In this document: positions 45,993 to 54,956 of the stretch, one piece after another
Numbering within the stretch: position 1 is the first letter of the stretch
How the letters are laid out: each line of letters opens with the position of its first letter
Origin: Clostridia bacterium
GTDB taxonomy: Bacteria; Bacillota; Clostridia; Christensenellales; Aristaeellaceae
Assembly (NCBI GenBank): GCA_030535375.1
Contig: JAUNJB010000003.1
Coordinates: 1-54,956 of the forward strand
DNA length: 54,956 nucleotides
Direction: 5' to 3'
Translations under genes and position numbers: made by a program
Notes under the pieces: generated by a model
Seen by the model: the letters and a program-made list of their open reading frames with translations, nothing else
What the model was told of the DNA's origin: nothing
Databases searched by the model: none

Positions 45993-47660
45993 ATGGCAAT
46001 CAGTGATCGCGTCAAGACCGGCCCCGAGAAGGCGCCGCATCGCTCCCTGTGGAAGGCTCTCGGCCTGACCGATGAGGAGCTTACCCGCCCGCTGATCGGC
46101 GTGGTATCCGCCAAGTCCGAGTGCGTGCCGGGCCACAATCACCTGAACAATATCGCCCAGGCCGTCAAGGACGGCATTCGCATGGCGGGCGGCGTGCCTG
46201 TCGAGTTCCCGGCCATCGGCGTGTGCGACGGCATCGCCATGGGCCACGTGGGCATGAAGTATTCCCTCGCCTCCCGTGAGCTGATCGCGGACAGCTGCGA
46301 ATCCATGGCCACCGCGCACGGCTTCGACGGCATGGTTTTCATCCCCAACTGCGATAAGATCGTTCCCGGCATGCTGATGGCGGCCCGCCGCCTGAACCTC
46401 CCGGCGATGGTCATCTCCGGCGGCCCGATGATGCCCGGCCGCATGCCCGGCGGCAAAAGCGACATGGATCTCAACTCCGTGTTCGAGGCCGTGGGCGCGT
46501 ACAAGGCCGGCAAGATCGACGACGAGGGCCTGAACGCCGTGGAGTCCTCCGCGTGCCCGGGCTGCGGCTCCTGCTCCGGCATGTTTACCGCGAATTCCAT
46601 GAACTGCATCACCGAGGTCATCGGCATGGCGCTGCCGGGCAACGGCACGATCGCTGCGGTGGATGCCGCGCGCATCCGCCTCGCCAAAAAGACCGGCATG
46701 CGCGTGGTTGAGCTGGTGAAGGAGGGCCTCACGCCCGACAAGATCATGACCGAGGCGGCGTTCCACAACGCGCTGTGCCTGGATATGGCGCTGGGCTGCT
46801 CCACGAATACCGTGCTGCATCTGCCGGCCATCGCGCACGAGGCGGGCGTCGACTTTAACCTTGACTGGGTCAACGAGACCAGCGCAAAGGTGCCCAATCT
46901 GTGTCACCTGGCCCCGGCCGGCGCGCATCACGTCATCGACCTGCACCTGGCGGGCGGCGTGATGGGCGTCCTGAGCGAGCTCAGGGGCCGCGGCCTGCTC
47001 GATGAGAGCGCCATGACCGTTTCCGGCATGACGCTCGGCGAGGAGATCGCCCAGGCGAAGAACCACGATCATGAGGTCATCCGTCCGTTTGACGATCCGT
47101 ATTCCCCGACCGGCGGCCTGATGATCCTGCGCGGCAATCTCGCGCCCGACGGCGGCGTCGTGAAGCGCAGCGCCGTGGCCAAGGAGATGCTCGTGCACGA
47201 GGGCCCGGCCCGCGTCTTCAACAGCGAGGACGAGGCCATCCAGGCGATTTACGCCAGCAAGATCAATCCGGGCGACGTCGTCGTCATTCGCTATGAGGGC
47301 CCGAAGGGCGGCCCGGGTATGCGCGAGATGCTCAGCCCCACCAGCGCGATCTGCGGCATGGGCCTGGATAAAGAGGTGGCGCTGATCACCGACGGACGCT
47401 TCTCCGGTGCGACCCGCGGCGCGGCCATCGGCCACGTCTCCCCCGAGGGCGCTTCCGGCGGCGTGATCGGCCTGGTCGAGGAGGGGGACATCATCTCCAT
47501 CGACATCCCGGCCGGAAAGCTGGAGCTCAAGGTCGACGACGAGACGCTGGCCAAGCGCCGCGAGAAGTGGGTTTGCCCGCCGCCGAACGTCACCAAGGGC
47601 TATCTGGCACGCTACGCCAAGCTGGTCTCCAGCGCGAATAAGGGCGCTATTGTCGAATGA
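45993..47660 (+). CDS. ilvD: dihydroxy-acid dehydratase
   Basis: ...[14 protein letters not shown]...[18 protein letters not shown]...[12 protein letters not shown].... The ATG at 45993 has GAAGGAG upstream. Confidence 0.95.
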   Translation: MAISDRVKTGPEKAPHRSLWKALGLTDEELTRPLIGVVSAKSECVPGHNHLNNIAQAVKDGIRMAGGVPVEFPAIGVCDGIAMGHVGMKYSLASRELIADSCESMATAHGFDGMVFIPNCDKIVPGMLMAARRLNLPAMVISGGPMMPGRMPGGKSDMDLNSVFEAVGAYKAGKIDDEGLNAVESSACPGCGSCSGMFTANSMNCITEVIGMALPGNGTIAAVDAARIRLAKKTGMRVVELVKEGLTPDKIMTEAAFHNALCLDMALGCSTNTVLHLPAIAHEAGVDFNLDWVNETSAKVPNLCHLAPAGAHHVIDLHLAGGVMGVLSELRGRGLLDESAMTVSGMTLGEEIAQAKNHDHEVIRPFDDPYSPTGGLMILRGNLAPDGGVVKRSAVAKEMLVHEGPARVFNSEDEAIQAIYASKINPGDVVVIRYEGPKGGPGMREMLSPTSAICGMGLDKEVALITDGRFSGATRGAAIGHVSPEGASGGVIGLVEEGDIISIDIPAGKLELKVDDETLAKRREKWVCPPPNVTKGYLARYAKLVSSANKGAIVE

Positions 47661-47690
47661 TCAAGCATTCTGCCGGCAAGTGAATATGGC

Positions 47691-47727
47691 GGTCCCGCTC
47701 TGTATGAAACGGAGCGGGGCCGTTTTT
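47691..47727 (+). terminator. intrinsic terminator downstream of ilvD
   Basis: GGTCCCGCTC-11 nt-GAGCGGGGCC (9 of 10 paired) followed by GTTTTT. Confidence 0.7.
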
Positions 47728-47729
47728 GA

Positions 47730-47812
47730 CTTGACAGGAAATTGCGTAAAAATCGGCCGCGTGCGCCCTGGCTGGCGACTTGCCGCGGCTTTCGGAAGTG
47801 GAAGCGCTTGCC
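47730..47812 (+). repeat. intergenic repeat, copy C (terminator-proximal element)
   Basis: AGGAAATTGCGTAAAAATCGGCCGCGTGCGCCCTGGCTGGCGACTTGCCGCGGCTTTCGGAAGTGG.... Apart from a one-base indel, the first ~21 nt are identical to copy B and 28 of the first 30 positions match. The 3' half has diverged and contains indels. Confidence 0.7.
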
Positions 47813-47883
47813 TTCATTCGGGCTCCGTCCGGCGTCCTCGCAAAAATCGTTCGTGCCGTTTATGAGAAAAGGCTTGATCACGC

Positions 47884-47912
47884 TTGACAGCCTGTTCTTC
47901 ACATGATAAAAT
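47884..47912 (+). promoter_or_regulatory. sigma-A-type promoter candidate for the DUF2148-marR operon
   Basis: TTGACA-17 nt-TAAAAT. Confidence 0.6.
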
Positions 47913-47941
47913 ATGTATATACACCGTGTATATACATATTT
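47909..47941. promoter_or_regulatory. perfect 33-bp palindrome, candidate MarR operator
   Basis: AAATATGTATATACAC-c-GTGTATATACATATTT. The 16-bp arms (47909..47924 and 47926..47941) were checked base by base. It overlaps the last 4 nt of the -10 and ends 1 nt before the GAGGAG RBS. Confidence 0.6.
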
Positions 47942-47955
47942 GAGGAGATGGAACC

Positions 47956-48504
47956 ATGCTGTATCAGAGCGATGCGATGGAGGAGCAGGCGGTTATGCAG
48001 ACCGCGGCGAGGATGTGCGCGGCGGCGAGAACCGCGCCCAAAGCGAACGGAAAGGATACGATACACACCATTGTGCTCACCGGGGAGGAAAAAGAGGAGC
48101 TGGCGCAGAGGATGGAATCTGTCGGAAGGGAAAAAATGGGCGACCAAATGGCCGCCTGGCACGGACGGGACGCTGGCAGCGTGCGCGCTGCGCAGGCCGT
48201 TGTGCTGATCGGGGCGGATAAAAAGCAGCGGGGCGTCCCGCATTGCGGCTTCTGCGGCTTTACCGACTGCGGCGGATGCAGGGAGAGCGGAGGAAACTGC
48301 GCATTTGCCTATGCGGATCTTGGCATAGCGGTTTCTTCGGCCGCATCGGCCGCCGCGCTTGACAAGGTGGATTCGCGCATCATGTATTCCGCCGGGCAGG
48401 CCGCCGAGCGGATGGACTTTGCTCCGGACGTGGTATGGCTTGGAATCCCGATCTCAGTATCCGGGAAAAACGTGTTTTATGACAGAAAAAGAGCGCACGA
48501 ATGA
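47956..48504 (+). CDS. DUF2148-type ferredoxin-domain protein
   Basis: MLYQSDAMEEQAVMQTAARMCAAARTAPKANGKD...CGFCGFTDCGGC...CAFAYADLGIAVSSA...GIPISVSGKNVFYDR matches my recollection of DUF2148 proteins. Confidence 0.7.
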   Translation: MLYQSDAMEEQAVMQTAARMCAAARTAPKANGKDTIHTIVLTGEEKEELAQRMESVGREKMGDQMAAWHGRDAGSVRAAQAVVLIGADKKQRGVPHCGFCGFTDCGGCRESGGNCAFAYADLGIAVSSAASAAALDKVDSRIMYSAGQAAERMDFAPDVVWLGIPISVSGKNVFYDRKRAHE

Positions 48505-48519
48505 GCCAAGAGGAGGGGT

Positions 48520-48954
48520 TTGAAATTGTATCAGAGCGAATGCTACTGCACCAATTTGAGGCGAAGTGCCAACGCAGTTTCGGATTATTACGACGCGGAA
48601 ATGAAGGGGACCGGCTTGACCAGTGCCCAATACTATCTGCTGATCACCCTGTCCCGGCTGGAGAGCGCGAACATCACGCATTGGGCGGAGAATGTCGGGC
48701 TGGATCGAAGCACGATGGTGCGCAATATCCGCCTGCTTGAGTCGCGCGGGCTTGTCGAGGGTACGCCCGGCCATGGGAAGAGCTTCACCCTCTCCCGCGA
48801 GGGGAGAAGCCGCCTGGAGGCGGCGGTTCCGGTGTGGAGGGAAGCGCAAAGGAAAATAGAGGCATTTCTGGGGGAGGAGGATGCGCAGGCCGTTCTGCGC
48901 ATCGGCGAAAGGCTCCGGATGCTGAAGGACGACCCGCGAAGCGGGGAACGATGA
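48520..48954 (+). CDS. MarR-family transcriptional regulator
   Basis: ...LTSAQYYLLITLSRLESANITHWAENVGLDRSTMVRNIRLLESRGLVEG is a winged HTH. TTG start at 48520 or 48526, after AGGAGGGG. Confidence 0.8.
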   Translation: MKLYQSECYCTNLRRSANAVSDYYDAEMKGTGLTSAQYYLLITLSRLESANITHWAENVGLDRSTMVRNIRLLESRGLVEGTPGHGKSFTLSREGRSRLEAAVPVWREAQRKIEAFLGEEDAQAVLRIGERLRMLKDDPRSGER

Positions 48955-49060
48955 GCGGATCAAACACCGCTCTGACCGAAAAAGGATGAGAGTTTGAACG
49001 CCCTTCCCGCCCCTATAAACGGCGGCCCACAGGCCGAAGGACGGCTTCATCCGAACAAAC

Positions 49061-49098
49061 AAAAAAATTTCCTCCCCGTGAAGGAGAGGAAATTTTTT
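49061..49098. terminator. bidirectional intrinsic terminator between marR and kdgK
   Basis: AAAAAAA-TTTCCTC-11 nt-GAGGAAA-TTTTTT. Confidence 0.7.
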
Positions 49099-49116
49099 GC
49101 ATGGCAGTCCGGTTGA

Positions 49117-50145
49117 TCAGCGCTCAACACGGCCGGAGCCGGAGCCCTTCATCAGGGACTCGACTTCCTTGGCGGTCACGCGGTTGAAGTCGCCGGAGAT
49201 GGTGTGCTTGAGGCAGGAAGCCGCCACGGCGAACTCCAGAGCCTCAGCCTGGGTCGGATAGGTGAGCAGGCCGTAGATCAGGCCGCCGGAGAAGGAATCG
49301 CCGCCGCCGACGCGATCCACGATGTCGGTGAGCGCGTACTTGCGGGAGACGTAGAACTCCTTGCCGTCATAGATGCAGGCAGCCCAGTTGTTGATGTCGG
49401 CGCTCTTGGACTCACGCAGCGTGATGGCCACGCGCTTGAGGTTGGGGAAGAGATCCATCGCGGTCTGCGCGATGCCCTTGTACACGTCGCGGTCGAGCTC
49501 GCCGCTCTCCACGTCGGATTTGGCGGTGATGCCCAGGGACTTCTGGAAATCCTCCTCGTTGGCGATGGCGACATCGACATACTTGGTGATCTCAGTCATG
49601 ATTTCCTTGGCTTCCTTGCCGTACTTCCACAGGTTCTTGCGGTAGTTCAGGTCGCAGGAAACGGTCACGCCCATCTCCTGAGCGGCCTTGCAGGCGGCCA
49701 CGGACAGCTCCGCGGCGGAGGCGGAGATCGCCGGGGTGATGCCGGAGATGTGGAACCAGGTCGCGCCGTCGAAGATCTTCTTCCAGTCGAACAGGTCGAC
49801 AGGGGCCTTGGCGATGCAGGAATCCGCACGGTCATAGACGACCTTGGACGGACGCTGGTTGGAGCCGGTCTCCAGGAAGTAGATGCCCATGCGGCCATCG
49901 ACCATCTTGATCTCCGAAACGTCCACGCCGAAGCTGCGCACATCGCGCAGGCAGGCCTCGCCGATTGCGTTGTTGGGCAGGGCGGTCACGAACGCTGCGT
50001 CCATGCCGTAGTTGGCCAGAGAGACGGCCACGTTCGCCTCGCCGCCGCCGAAGGTGGCCTCAAGGGACGGGCTCTGGAAGAAGCGCTCCAGCGCAGGGCT
50101 CTTCAGACGGAGCATGATTTCGCCGAGAGTAACAATACGCGCCAT
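49117..50145 (-). CDS. kdgK: 2-dehydro-3-deoxygluconokinase (PfkB family)
   Basis: [17 protein letters not shown]...[16 protein letters not shown]...[17 protein letters not shown]. The ATG at 50145 has AGGAG 9 nt upstream. Confidence 0.85.
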   Translation of the reverse strand: MARIVTLGEIMLRLKSPALERFFQSPSLEATFGGGEANVAVSLANYGMDAAFVTALPNNAIGEACLRDVRSFGVDVSEIKMVDGRMGIYFLETGSNQRPSKVVYDRADSCIAKAPVDLFDWKKIFDGATWFHISGITPAISASAAELSVAACKAAQEMGVTVSCDLNYRKNLWKYGKEAKEIMTEITKYVDVAIANEEDFQKSLGITAKSDVESGELDRDVYKGIAQTAMDLFPNLKRVAITLRESKSADINNWAACIYDGKEFYVSRKYALTDIVDRVGGGDSFSGGLIYGLLTYPTQAEALEFAVAASCLKHTISGDFNRVTAKEVESLMKGSGSGRVER

Positions 50146-50219
50146 TGTCAATCACTCCTAAATTTATTTGAGCGCAGATACAGGGCAACGCTCTGCATAC
50201 TGACTCATTCTTATGTTTC

Positions 50220-50248
50220 ATTATACACGATATGGGCTGGTAAATCAA
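50220..50248 (-). promoter_or_regulatory. sigma-A-type promoter candidate for kdgK
   Basis: The minus strand reads TTGATT-17 nt-TATAAT. Confidence 0.6.
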
Positions 50249-50528
50249 GACATCAGACCAATAATTGAAAATTCTCCGGGATTCTGGCAGTTTTTCTAAA
50301 TTCTGCGGGCGAAGCTTGTCGCTTTAACGCCTTCGAATGCGAAAGCGGAACGGGAATTTATGCGGTGCGTGCAGAAATGTATAAAGGGTGTAACGAAAAG
50401 GGGAAGATCTGCGTCTTATAGGGGGAAGGCAAGCAGAGCGGCGAGAGGGGGAATGAGCGCCTCCTTTGCGCGCGGCGGCACCGGCGGCGCGCCTGTTTTA
50501 TCCTCCATGATCTCCTTATCCTAACCGA

Positions 50529-51470
50529 TCAGAGTTTGCATTTCGATTGATCAATCGATGCAATCCGGACCGCTGAGGCCATTCCGCCATCCCCATACGA
50601 GGGGTTTTTTATCAATTCATTGGCCAATTCACTTATTCCCTGGTGATTGTTGATCGAATGAATAATCTCATTCTCCCATCCGAATAATCTTGAATCAGAT
50701 ATCGCTTCGATATCCATCAGCACATGTATAAGATTGGAAGAGTAACTGTTGATGTGCTTCTCTATGATATAACGCATAAGCTCCAGCCGTTTGTTCATGC
50801 TTTTTATATTTGCTGAAGCAGGCGCAGTTCGATACTGAATCAATGGTTTTTCAACGATTCCAATATGTGCTTCTGGTGAGGTTTCCAGCATGGTTAAGAA
50901 GAATTCCCAATCTTCAAAACCGGAACGCATGGATTCATCATATCCGGTGCATTGTTCATAAATTGTTTTGCGGAGGATATGTGTTGCCGGGCAGCAATTG
51001 TGAGACAAAAAAGATGTTAGATTTCCGCCCGCAGGACATACAACGGCATCTAAAACCCCAAAGGTACGTATCCAGGACGAAGCTATGACCATTTTGGGAT
51101 TTTCGCATAGCAGGTTACTCACGTGCTCAATGTATTCGGGTTCAAGTTTGTCGTCTCCGTCAAGAACCAAAACCATGGATGCTTGCGCTTTGTTGATTCC
51201 TGTATTTCTGGCAGCCGATACGCCTCTGTTCTCCTGAAAATATATTGTTATCGGAACCGAAAGGTTAGAATCGTTTTCAATACGGTTCAGTATATCAAGT
51301 GAATATTGATCTGTTGAACCGTCATCTACAATTATAATTCTTGTTGGCAGTAATGTTTGGCTGCAAACTGATTGAACTGCGTCCAAAATCATGGAACCTT
51401 GATTATAACTCGTTATAACAGCTTCGACGTTTGAAATTATGTGGTTCTCATTGTCAGTGATCTTCATCAT
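50529..51470 (-). CDS. GT2-family glycosyltransferase (GT-A fold) in an AT-rich islet
   Basis: ...VEAVITSYNQGSMILDAVQSVCSQT...IIIVDDGSTD...NRGVSAARNTGI...VLVLDGDDKL (DxD). Composition is much more AT-rich than in the flanking genes. Confidence 0.85.
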   Translation of the reverse strand: MMKITDNENHIISNVEAVITSYNQGSMILDAVQSVCSQTLLPTRIIIVDDGSTDQYSLDILNRIENDSNLSVPITIYFQENRGVSAARNTGINKAQASMVLVLDGDDKLEPEYIEHVSNLLCENPKMVIASSWIRTFGVLDAVVCPAGGNLTSFLSHNCCPATHILRKTIYEQCTGYDESMRSGFEDWEFFLTMLETSPEAHIGIVEKPLIQYRTAPASANIKSMNKRLELMRYIIEKHINSYSSNLIHVLMDIEAISDSRLFGWENEIIHSINNHQGISELANELIKNPSYGDGGMASAVRIASIDQSKCKL

Positions 51471-51698
51471 ATTGCCCCTATGTTTTGATTATAACAGCCG
51501 ATTTGTCAGCTGCTTATCCGCAGCGTTTCCATGTACATTCTTCAGGGCCAGCGCATTTTCTGGAAGAGCAAAGTGTTTTTTCTGCAAACCCCGCCACAGG
51601 CGGTGACGATACTCATGTCAGTGAACTAAAGTCCTCCTTTGGGATGGCCATTCACGAGGGAGAGTGCGGCAGGGGTGAAGGATGGGCGGAAAGCCTGC

Positions 51699-52247
51699 TC
51701 ATTTCACCTCAATCTGGCATGAGCGCATGGTTTCCAGCGCGGCCTCGTGCTTGGCGGGCGTGACGCCGGCGCACAGCGCGCCGTCCACGATGAGGTCGGC
51801 CTCGGGCAGCGCGGCCTTGATGAGCAGGGCGTTGGAGACGACGCAGATGTCCGTGCATACGCCGCACAGCTCGATCGTCAGCCCGCCGCCATCCGGCGCA
51901 CCGAGGGAATCCGCCCAGCGCGCGACGTGATGGGCCAGCTGCGTGGAGCCGAACGTCGGCTTTTCAAAGGAGATCATGCCGCGCTCGCACTCGGCGGCGA
52001 TTTCGGGTTCCAGCGCCCAGCCGGGCGTGCCCTGGATGCAGTGCGGCACGGGAAGATGGCGTCCCTCGCGGGTTGCGGCGTAATCCTCTCCGTGGGTGTC
52101 CAGGGTGAAAAGCACCTGCGTGCCCTCGGCCTTGGCGCGGCGGATGCGCGCGGCGACGGCGGGGACGATGGCGCGCGCCCGGTCGGAGCCCAGCGCCCCG
52201 GAGACAAAGTCGCGCTGCATGTCCACGACAATGAGCATATGGATCAT
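51699..52247 (-). CDS. isochorismatase-family cysteine hydrolase (nicotinamidase/PncA-like)
   Basis: MIHMLIVVDMQRDFVSGALG...TLDTH...ELCGVCTDICVVSNAL gives the D...K...C catalytic pattern. The ATG at 52247 follows AAGAGGG. The upstream 247 codons of track ORF 51699..52988 are rejected. Confidence 0.8.
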   Translation of the reverse strand: MIHMLIVVDMQRDFVSGALGSDRARAIVPAVAARIRRAKAEGTQVLFTLDTHGEDYAATREGRHLPVPHCIQGTPGWALEPEIAAECERGMISFEKPTFGSTQLAHHVARWADSLGAPDGGGLTIELCGVCTDICVVSNALLIKAALPEADLIVDGALCAGVTPAKHEAALETMRSCQIEVK

Positions 52248-52336
52248 AAAAGCCCTCTTTTCGTCGGTTGGGTTGTGAACGGATGAATCGATCGTAGTCA
52301 GAATTCGGCGCATGGCGGGGAAATCCTGCCTTGTGC

Positions 52337-52365
52337 TTGCGCGCACTGGAAAAACATGGTATACT
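52337..52365 (+). promoter_or_regulatory. sigma-A-type promoter candidate for cggR
   Basis: TTGCGC-17 nt-TATACT. Confidence 0.5.
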
Positions 52366-52369
52366 CGCA

Positions 52370-52403
52370 TGGGACAAAAAGAGAACGCGGGATAGAATTT
52401 GCC
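52370..52403 (+). promoter_or_regulatory. candidate CggR operator
   Basis: TGGGAC-aaaaag-AGAA-cg-CGGGAT-agaatt-TGCC. It resembles the B. subtilis CGGGAC-N6-TGTC direct-repeat operator (recalled) and starts 5 nt after the -10. Confidence 0.4.
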
Positions 52404-52425
52404 CGATTCCGCGCGGGAGGAAGCT

Positions 52426-53454
52426 ATGGATACATCGATTCTTGGCACGCTGTCGCTCATCGCACCGGATCTGATGGAGAAGATCGAGCTGCGCACGCTG
52501 GTTTTGGAGCGCGTGGCGGCGCTGGGGCCGATCGGGCGGCGTGCGCTGGCGGCCCGTCTGCATCTGGCGGAGCGCGAGGTGCGCGCGGCGGCGGATGCGC
52601 TCAAGGAGGCGGACTGCATTACGCAGAGTGCTTCGGGCATGGAACTCACGCCGCATGGGCAAAATCTGGTGGAGGCGGCCCGCACGGTCAGCCGGGGGCG
52701 GCGGACTCTGGCGGCCACCGAGCTGGCCCTTTCCCGCAAGCTCGGCGTGGAGCGCGTATGCGTGGTGCGCGGCGACGCCGATATGGATGAGAGCGTGCTG
52801 AGCGAGGCGGCGCACGCCGCGGCGCGGCAGATCCGCTTTCTGCTCCAGGATGCGCAGGTTCTGGCCGTCTCCGGCGGGCGAACCATCGGGCTGACGGCCG
52901 AGGCCGTCGCGCTGGCCGCTCCGATGGATGTGACCGTCGTGCCTGCGCGCGGCGGCATGGGCGGCGGGGTGAAGACGCAGGCCAACACGCTGGCGGAGGA
53001 ATTTGCCAGGAGGCTTGGCGGACGCCATCGGCTGCTGCACCTGCCGGACGGGCTTTCCAGCGTGGCGGCGGACGAGCTGTCCCATCTGCCGCAGGTGCGC
53101 GAGGCGCTGGAGCTGCTGCGGCATGCGGACGTGCTGCTCTACGGCATCGGGCGGGCGCAGGAGCTGGCGCTTCGCCGCGGTATGGGCGCGCACGAACGCG
53201 ACAATCTCATGCGCGAGGGGGCTGTGGCCGAGGCGCTGGGCTTCTACTTCGACGCGCAGGGGCAGGTTGTCGGCGGCGGCGAGTCCCTGGCGCTTGACGC
53301 GCGGGATATCGGGCGCAAAAACCGCGCGGCCGCCGTCGCCGCGGGCTCCGGCAAGGCCGAGGCGATCATGGCAGTTTGTGCGCATCATCCGCACAAGCTG
53401 CTCGTCACCGATGAGGGGGCCGCGACTCGGATGATGGAACTTTTGCGCATGTGA
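52426..53454 (+). CDS. cggR: SorC/CggR-family sugar-binding transcriptional regulator (central glycolytic genes regulator type)
   Basis: N-terminal wHTH ...LERVAALGPIGRRALAARLHLAEREVRAAADALKEADCI..., and a DeoR-C-like sugar-phosphate domain ...AVSGGRTI...YGIGRA.... It sits upstream of pgk. The ATG at 52426 has GGGAGGAAG upstream. Confidence 0.8.
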   Translation: MDTSILGTLSLIAPDLMEKIELRTLVLERVAALGPIGRRALAARLHLAEREVRAAADALKEADCITQSASGMELTPHGQNLVEAARTVSRGRRTLAATELALSRKLGVERVCVVRGDADMDESVLSEAAHAAARQIRFLLQDAQVLAVSGGRTIGLTAEAVALAAPMDVTVVPARGGMGGGVKTQANTLAEEFARRLGGRHRLLHLPDGLSSVAADELSHLPQVREALELLRHADVLLYGIGRAQELALRRGMGAHERDNLMREGAVAEALGFYFDAQGQVVGGGESLALDARDIGRKNRAAAVAAGSGKAEAIMAVCAHHPHKLLVTDEGAATRMMELLRM

Positions 53455-53475
53455 CCGTCTTTTTGCGTTACAGCT

Positions 53476-53504
53476 TTGACAATCCAGCCAAAAGATGGTA
53501 CACT
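53476..53504 (+). promoter_or_regulatory. sigma-A-type promoter candidate (extended -10) for pgk
   Basis: TTGACA-17 nt-(TGg)TACACT, leaving a ~150-nt leader. AGGGAT-cggcgg-AGAG starts 4 nt after the -10. Confidence 0.55.
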
Positions 53505-53659
53505 AAAAGGGATCGGCGGAGAGCATTTTCCGCCGGTTCAAGGGTAGGCAAAGCTCGGCATCGCCGCGGCTTTCACGATGGGCGCATCATCCCGCTGCGC
53601 GCGTCGGCTATAAACCAGGCAAACGCGGGAAAAGCCAAATGTGAATGGAGGAATACCCC

Positions 53660-54862
53660 ATGGCGAAAAAGACTGTGGAAGACATCAAGGTCTCCGGCAA
53701 GAAAGTGCTCGTGCGCTGCGATTTTAATGTCCCGATGAAGGATGGCAAGATCACCAATGATAAGCGCATTGTTGCGGCGCTGCCGACCATCAAGAAGCTG
53801 ATTGCGGACGGCGGCAGAGTGATTCTGTGCAGCCATCTGGGCAAGCCGAAGAATGGCCCGGAGGCCAAGTTCTCCCTGGCGCCTGTCGCTGAGCGCCTGT
53901 CTGAGTACCTGGGCAAGACCGTCGTGTTCGCGGACGATGACACCGTTGTGGGCGAGAACGCAAAGGCCGCCGTCGCCGCGATGAAGGACGGAGACGTCGT
54001 GCTGCTGCAGAATACCCGTTTCCGCAAGGAAGAGACCAAGAATATCGAGGATTTCTCCAAGGAGCTGGCCTCTTTGGCGGACTGCTATGTGGACGACGCG
54101 TTCGGCTCCTGCCATCGCGCGCACTGCTCCACCGAGGGCGTGACGAAGTTCCTGTCCCCGTGCGTGGCCGGCTATCTGATCGGCAAGGAGCTCGACATCA
54201 TGGGCAAGGCGCTTGAGAATGCCGACCGTCCGTTCGTCGCGGTGCTGGGCGGCGCGAAGGTTGCGGACAAGCTGAGCGTCATCGAGAACCTGCTTGAGAA
54301 GGTCGACACCCTGATCATCGGCGGCGGCATGGCCTTCACCTTCCTCAAGGCGCAGGGCTACGGCATCGGCAACTCCCTGCTGGACGAGACCAAGATCGAT
54401 TATTGCAAGGACATGCTGGCCAAGGCCGAGCAGAAGGGCGTGAAGATCCTGCTGCCGGTCGACACCGTGTGCGTGAAGGCGTTCCCGAACCCGATCGACG
54501 CCGAAGTGGAAACCCTCGTCGTGGACGCGGACAAGATCCCGGACGACATGGAGGGATGCGACATCGGCCCGAAGACCGCCGAGCTGTACGCGCAGGCTGT
54601 CAAGAGCGCCAAGACCGTCATCTGGAACGGCCCGATGGGCGTGTTCGAGAATCCGACCCTTGCCGCCGGCACGCTGGCCGTGGCCAAGGCGATGGCCGAG
54701 AGCGATGCGGTCACCATCATCGGCGGCGGCGACTCCGCGGCGGCTGTCGAGCAGATGGGTCTGGGCGATAAGATGACCCACATCTCCACCGGCGGCGGCG
54801 CGTCCCTGGAGTACCTGGAGGGCAAGACCCTGCCGGGCGTCGCGTGCCTCGACGAGAAGTAA
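53660..54862 (+). CDS. pgk: phosphoglycerate kinase
   Basis: [37 protein letters not shown]...[11 protein letters not shown]...WNGPMGVFE...GGGDSAAAV. The ATG at 53660 has GGAGGAA upstream. Confidence 0.95.
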   Translation: MAKKTVEDIKVSGKKVLVRCDFNVPMKDGKITNDKRIVAALPTIKKLIADGGRVILCSHLGKPKNGPEAKFSLAPVAERLSEYLGKTVVFADDDTVVGENAKAAVAAMKDGDVVLLQNTRFRKEETKNIEDFSKELASLADCYVDDAFGSCHRAHCSTEGVTKFLSPCVAGYLIGKELDIMGKALENADRPFVAVLGGAKVADKLSVIENLLEKVDTLIIGGGMAFTFLKAQGYGIGNSLLDETKIDYCKDMLAKAEQKGVKILLPVDTVCVKAFPNPIDAEVETLVVDADKIPDDMEGCDIGPKTAELYAQAVKSAKTVIWNGPMGVFENPTLAAGTLAVAKAMAESDAVTIIGGGDSAAAVEQMGLGDKMTHISTGGGASLEYLEGKTLPGVACLDEK

Positions 54863-54956
54863 GCTTTCCACGTTGTATGACCAATCGCCCCGGGCGGCCT
54901 TGGCATCACGGCTATGTAGTTTGTACCGTATTGCAAGTTGAAGCTTTCACACATCT

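Noticed and set aside
50416-50508. 30-codon minus-strand ORF MEDKTGAPPVPPRAKEALIPPLAALLAFPL with AAGGAG 3 nt upstream, directly after the GT2 stop.
   Set aside because: The RBS spacing is too short, no family is recognisable, and the length is below any confidence threshold. It is kept only as a note within the GT2 islet finding.
51542-51616. 24-codon minus-strand ORF MSIVTACGGVCRKNTLLFQKMRWP, whose CGGVC start faintly recalls DUF3795-type N-termini.
   Set aside because: The nearest AGGAGG is 14 nt away, the ORF stops after 24 codons, and the resemblance rests on about 5 residues. At most it is a gene remnant.
52248-52988. N-terminal 247 codons of track ORF 51699..52988 (and similar N-terminal extensions of ORFs 1020..2852, 4413..5477, 12811..13701, 13733..15325, 17876..19375, 23740..25032, 25082..25924, 27388..29439, 30237..31736, 33006..34157, 34671..35807, 38184..39875, 42443..44263).
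   Set aside because: In each case an internal start with a proper AGGAGG-type RBS coincides with the conserved N-terminus of the family. The upstream extension is compositionally aberrant or runs through promoters or leader RNAs.

Overview
This is a G+C-rich chromosomal segment of Firmicutes/Clostridia type. The taxonomic guess is an inference from a gerA-type spore germination operon, whiA followed by a crh-like HPr gene, two T-box leaders, AGGAGG-type ribosome binding sites (RBS) and sigma-A-like promoters. About 51 genes are supportable, nearly all core metabolism or housekeeping: glgA, a GT1 glycosyltransferase, ldh, asnA, a ThrE-type exporter pair, a MocR regulator with a divergent aminotransferase, kduI plus a KduD-role SDR and a separate kdgK, gerA/B/C, an RsmF-like methyltransferase, a GH65 phosphorylase, a GH13 enzyme, deoD, a YbaK-like deacylase, a DppA D-aminopeptidase, a D-aminoacylase, potABCD, whiA, proS, ilvBNCD, a DUF2148-MarR pair, and cggR-pgk. 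I recognised no rRNA, tRNA, CRISPR array, transposase, integrase or phage gene, and no obvious defence or toxin system. Most long ORFs antisense to these genes are high-GC shadow ORFs. Things worth a second look: (1) a ~70-80 nt intergenic repeat in three copies, each directly behind the intrinsic terminator of a co-oriented gene, with one copy followed by its own terminator; (2) a perfect 33-bp palindrome over the -10/leader of the DUF2148-marR operon; (3) GlgA with a C-terminal SCP2-like domain; (4) three AT-richer islets: the window start, a GT-C-like membrane protein between proS and ilv, and an orphan GT2 between kdgK and an isochorismatase-family (PncA-like) hydrolase gene; (5) an ABC ATPase gene fragment next to an orphan DltD-like gene; (6) a shared GGGAY-N6-AGAR motif just downstream of the -10 of both the cggR and pgk promoters. 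All functional calls come from reading the translated sequences from memory of the families. No database search was run.
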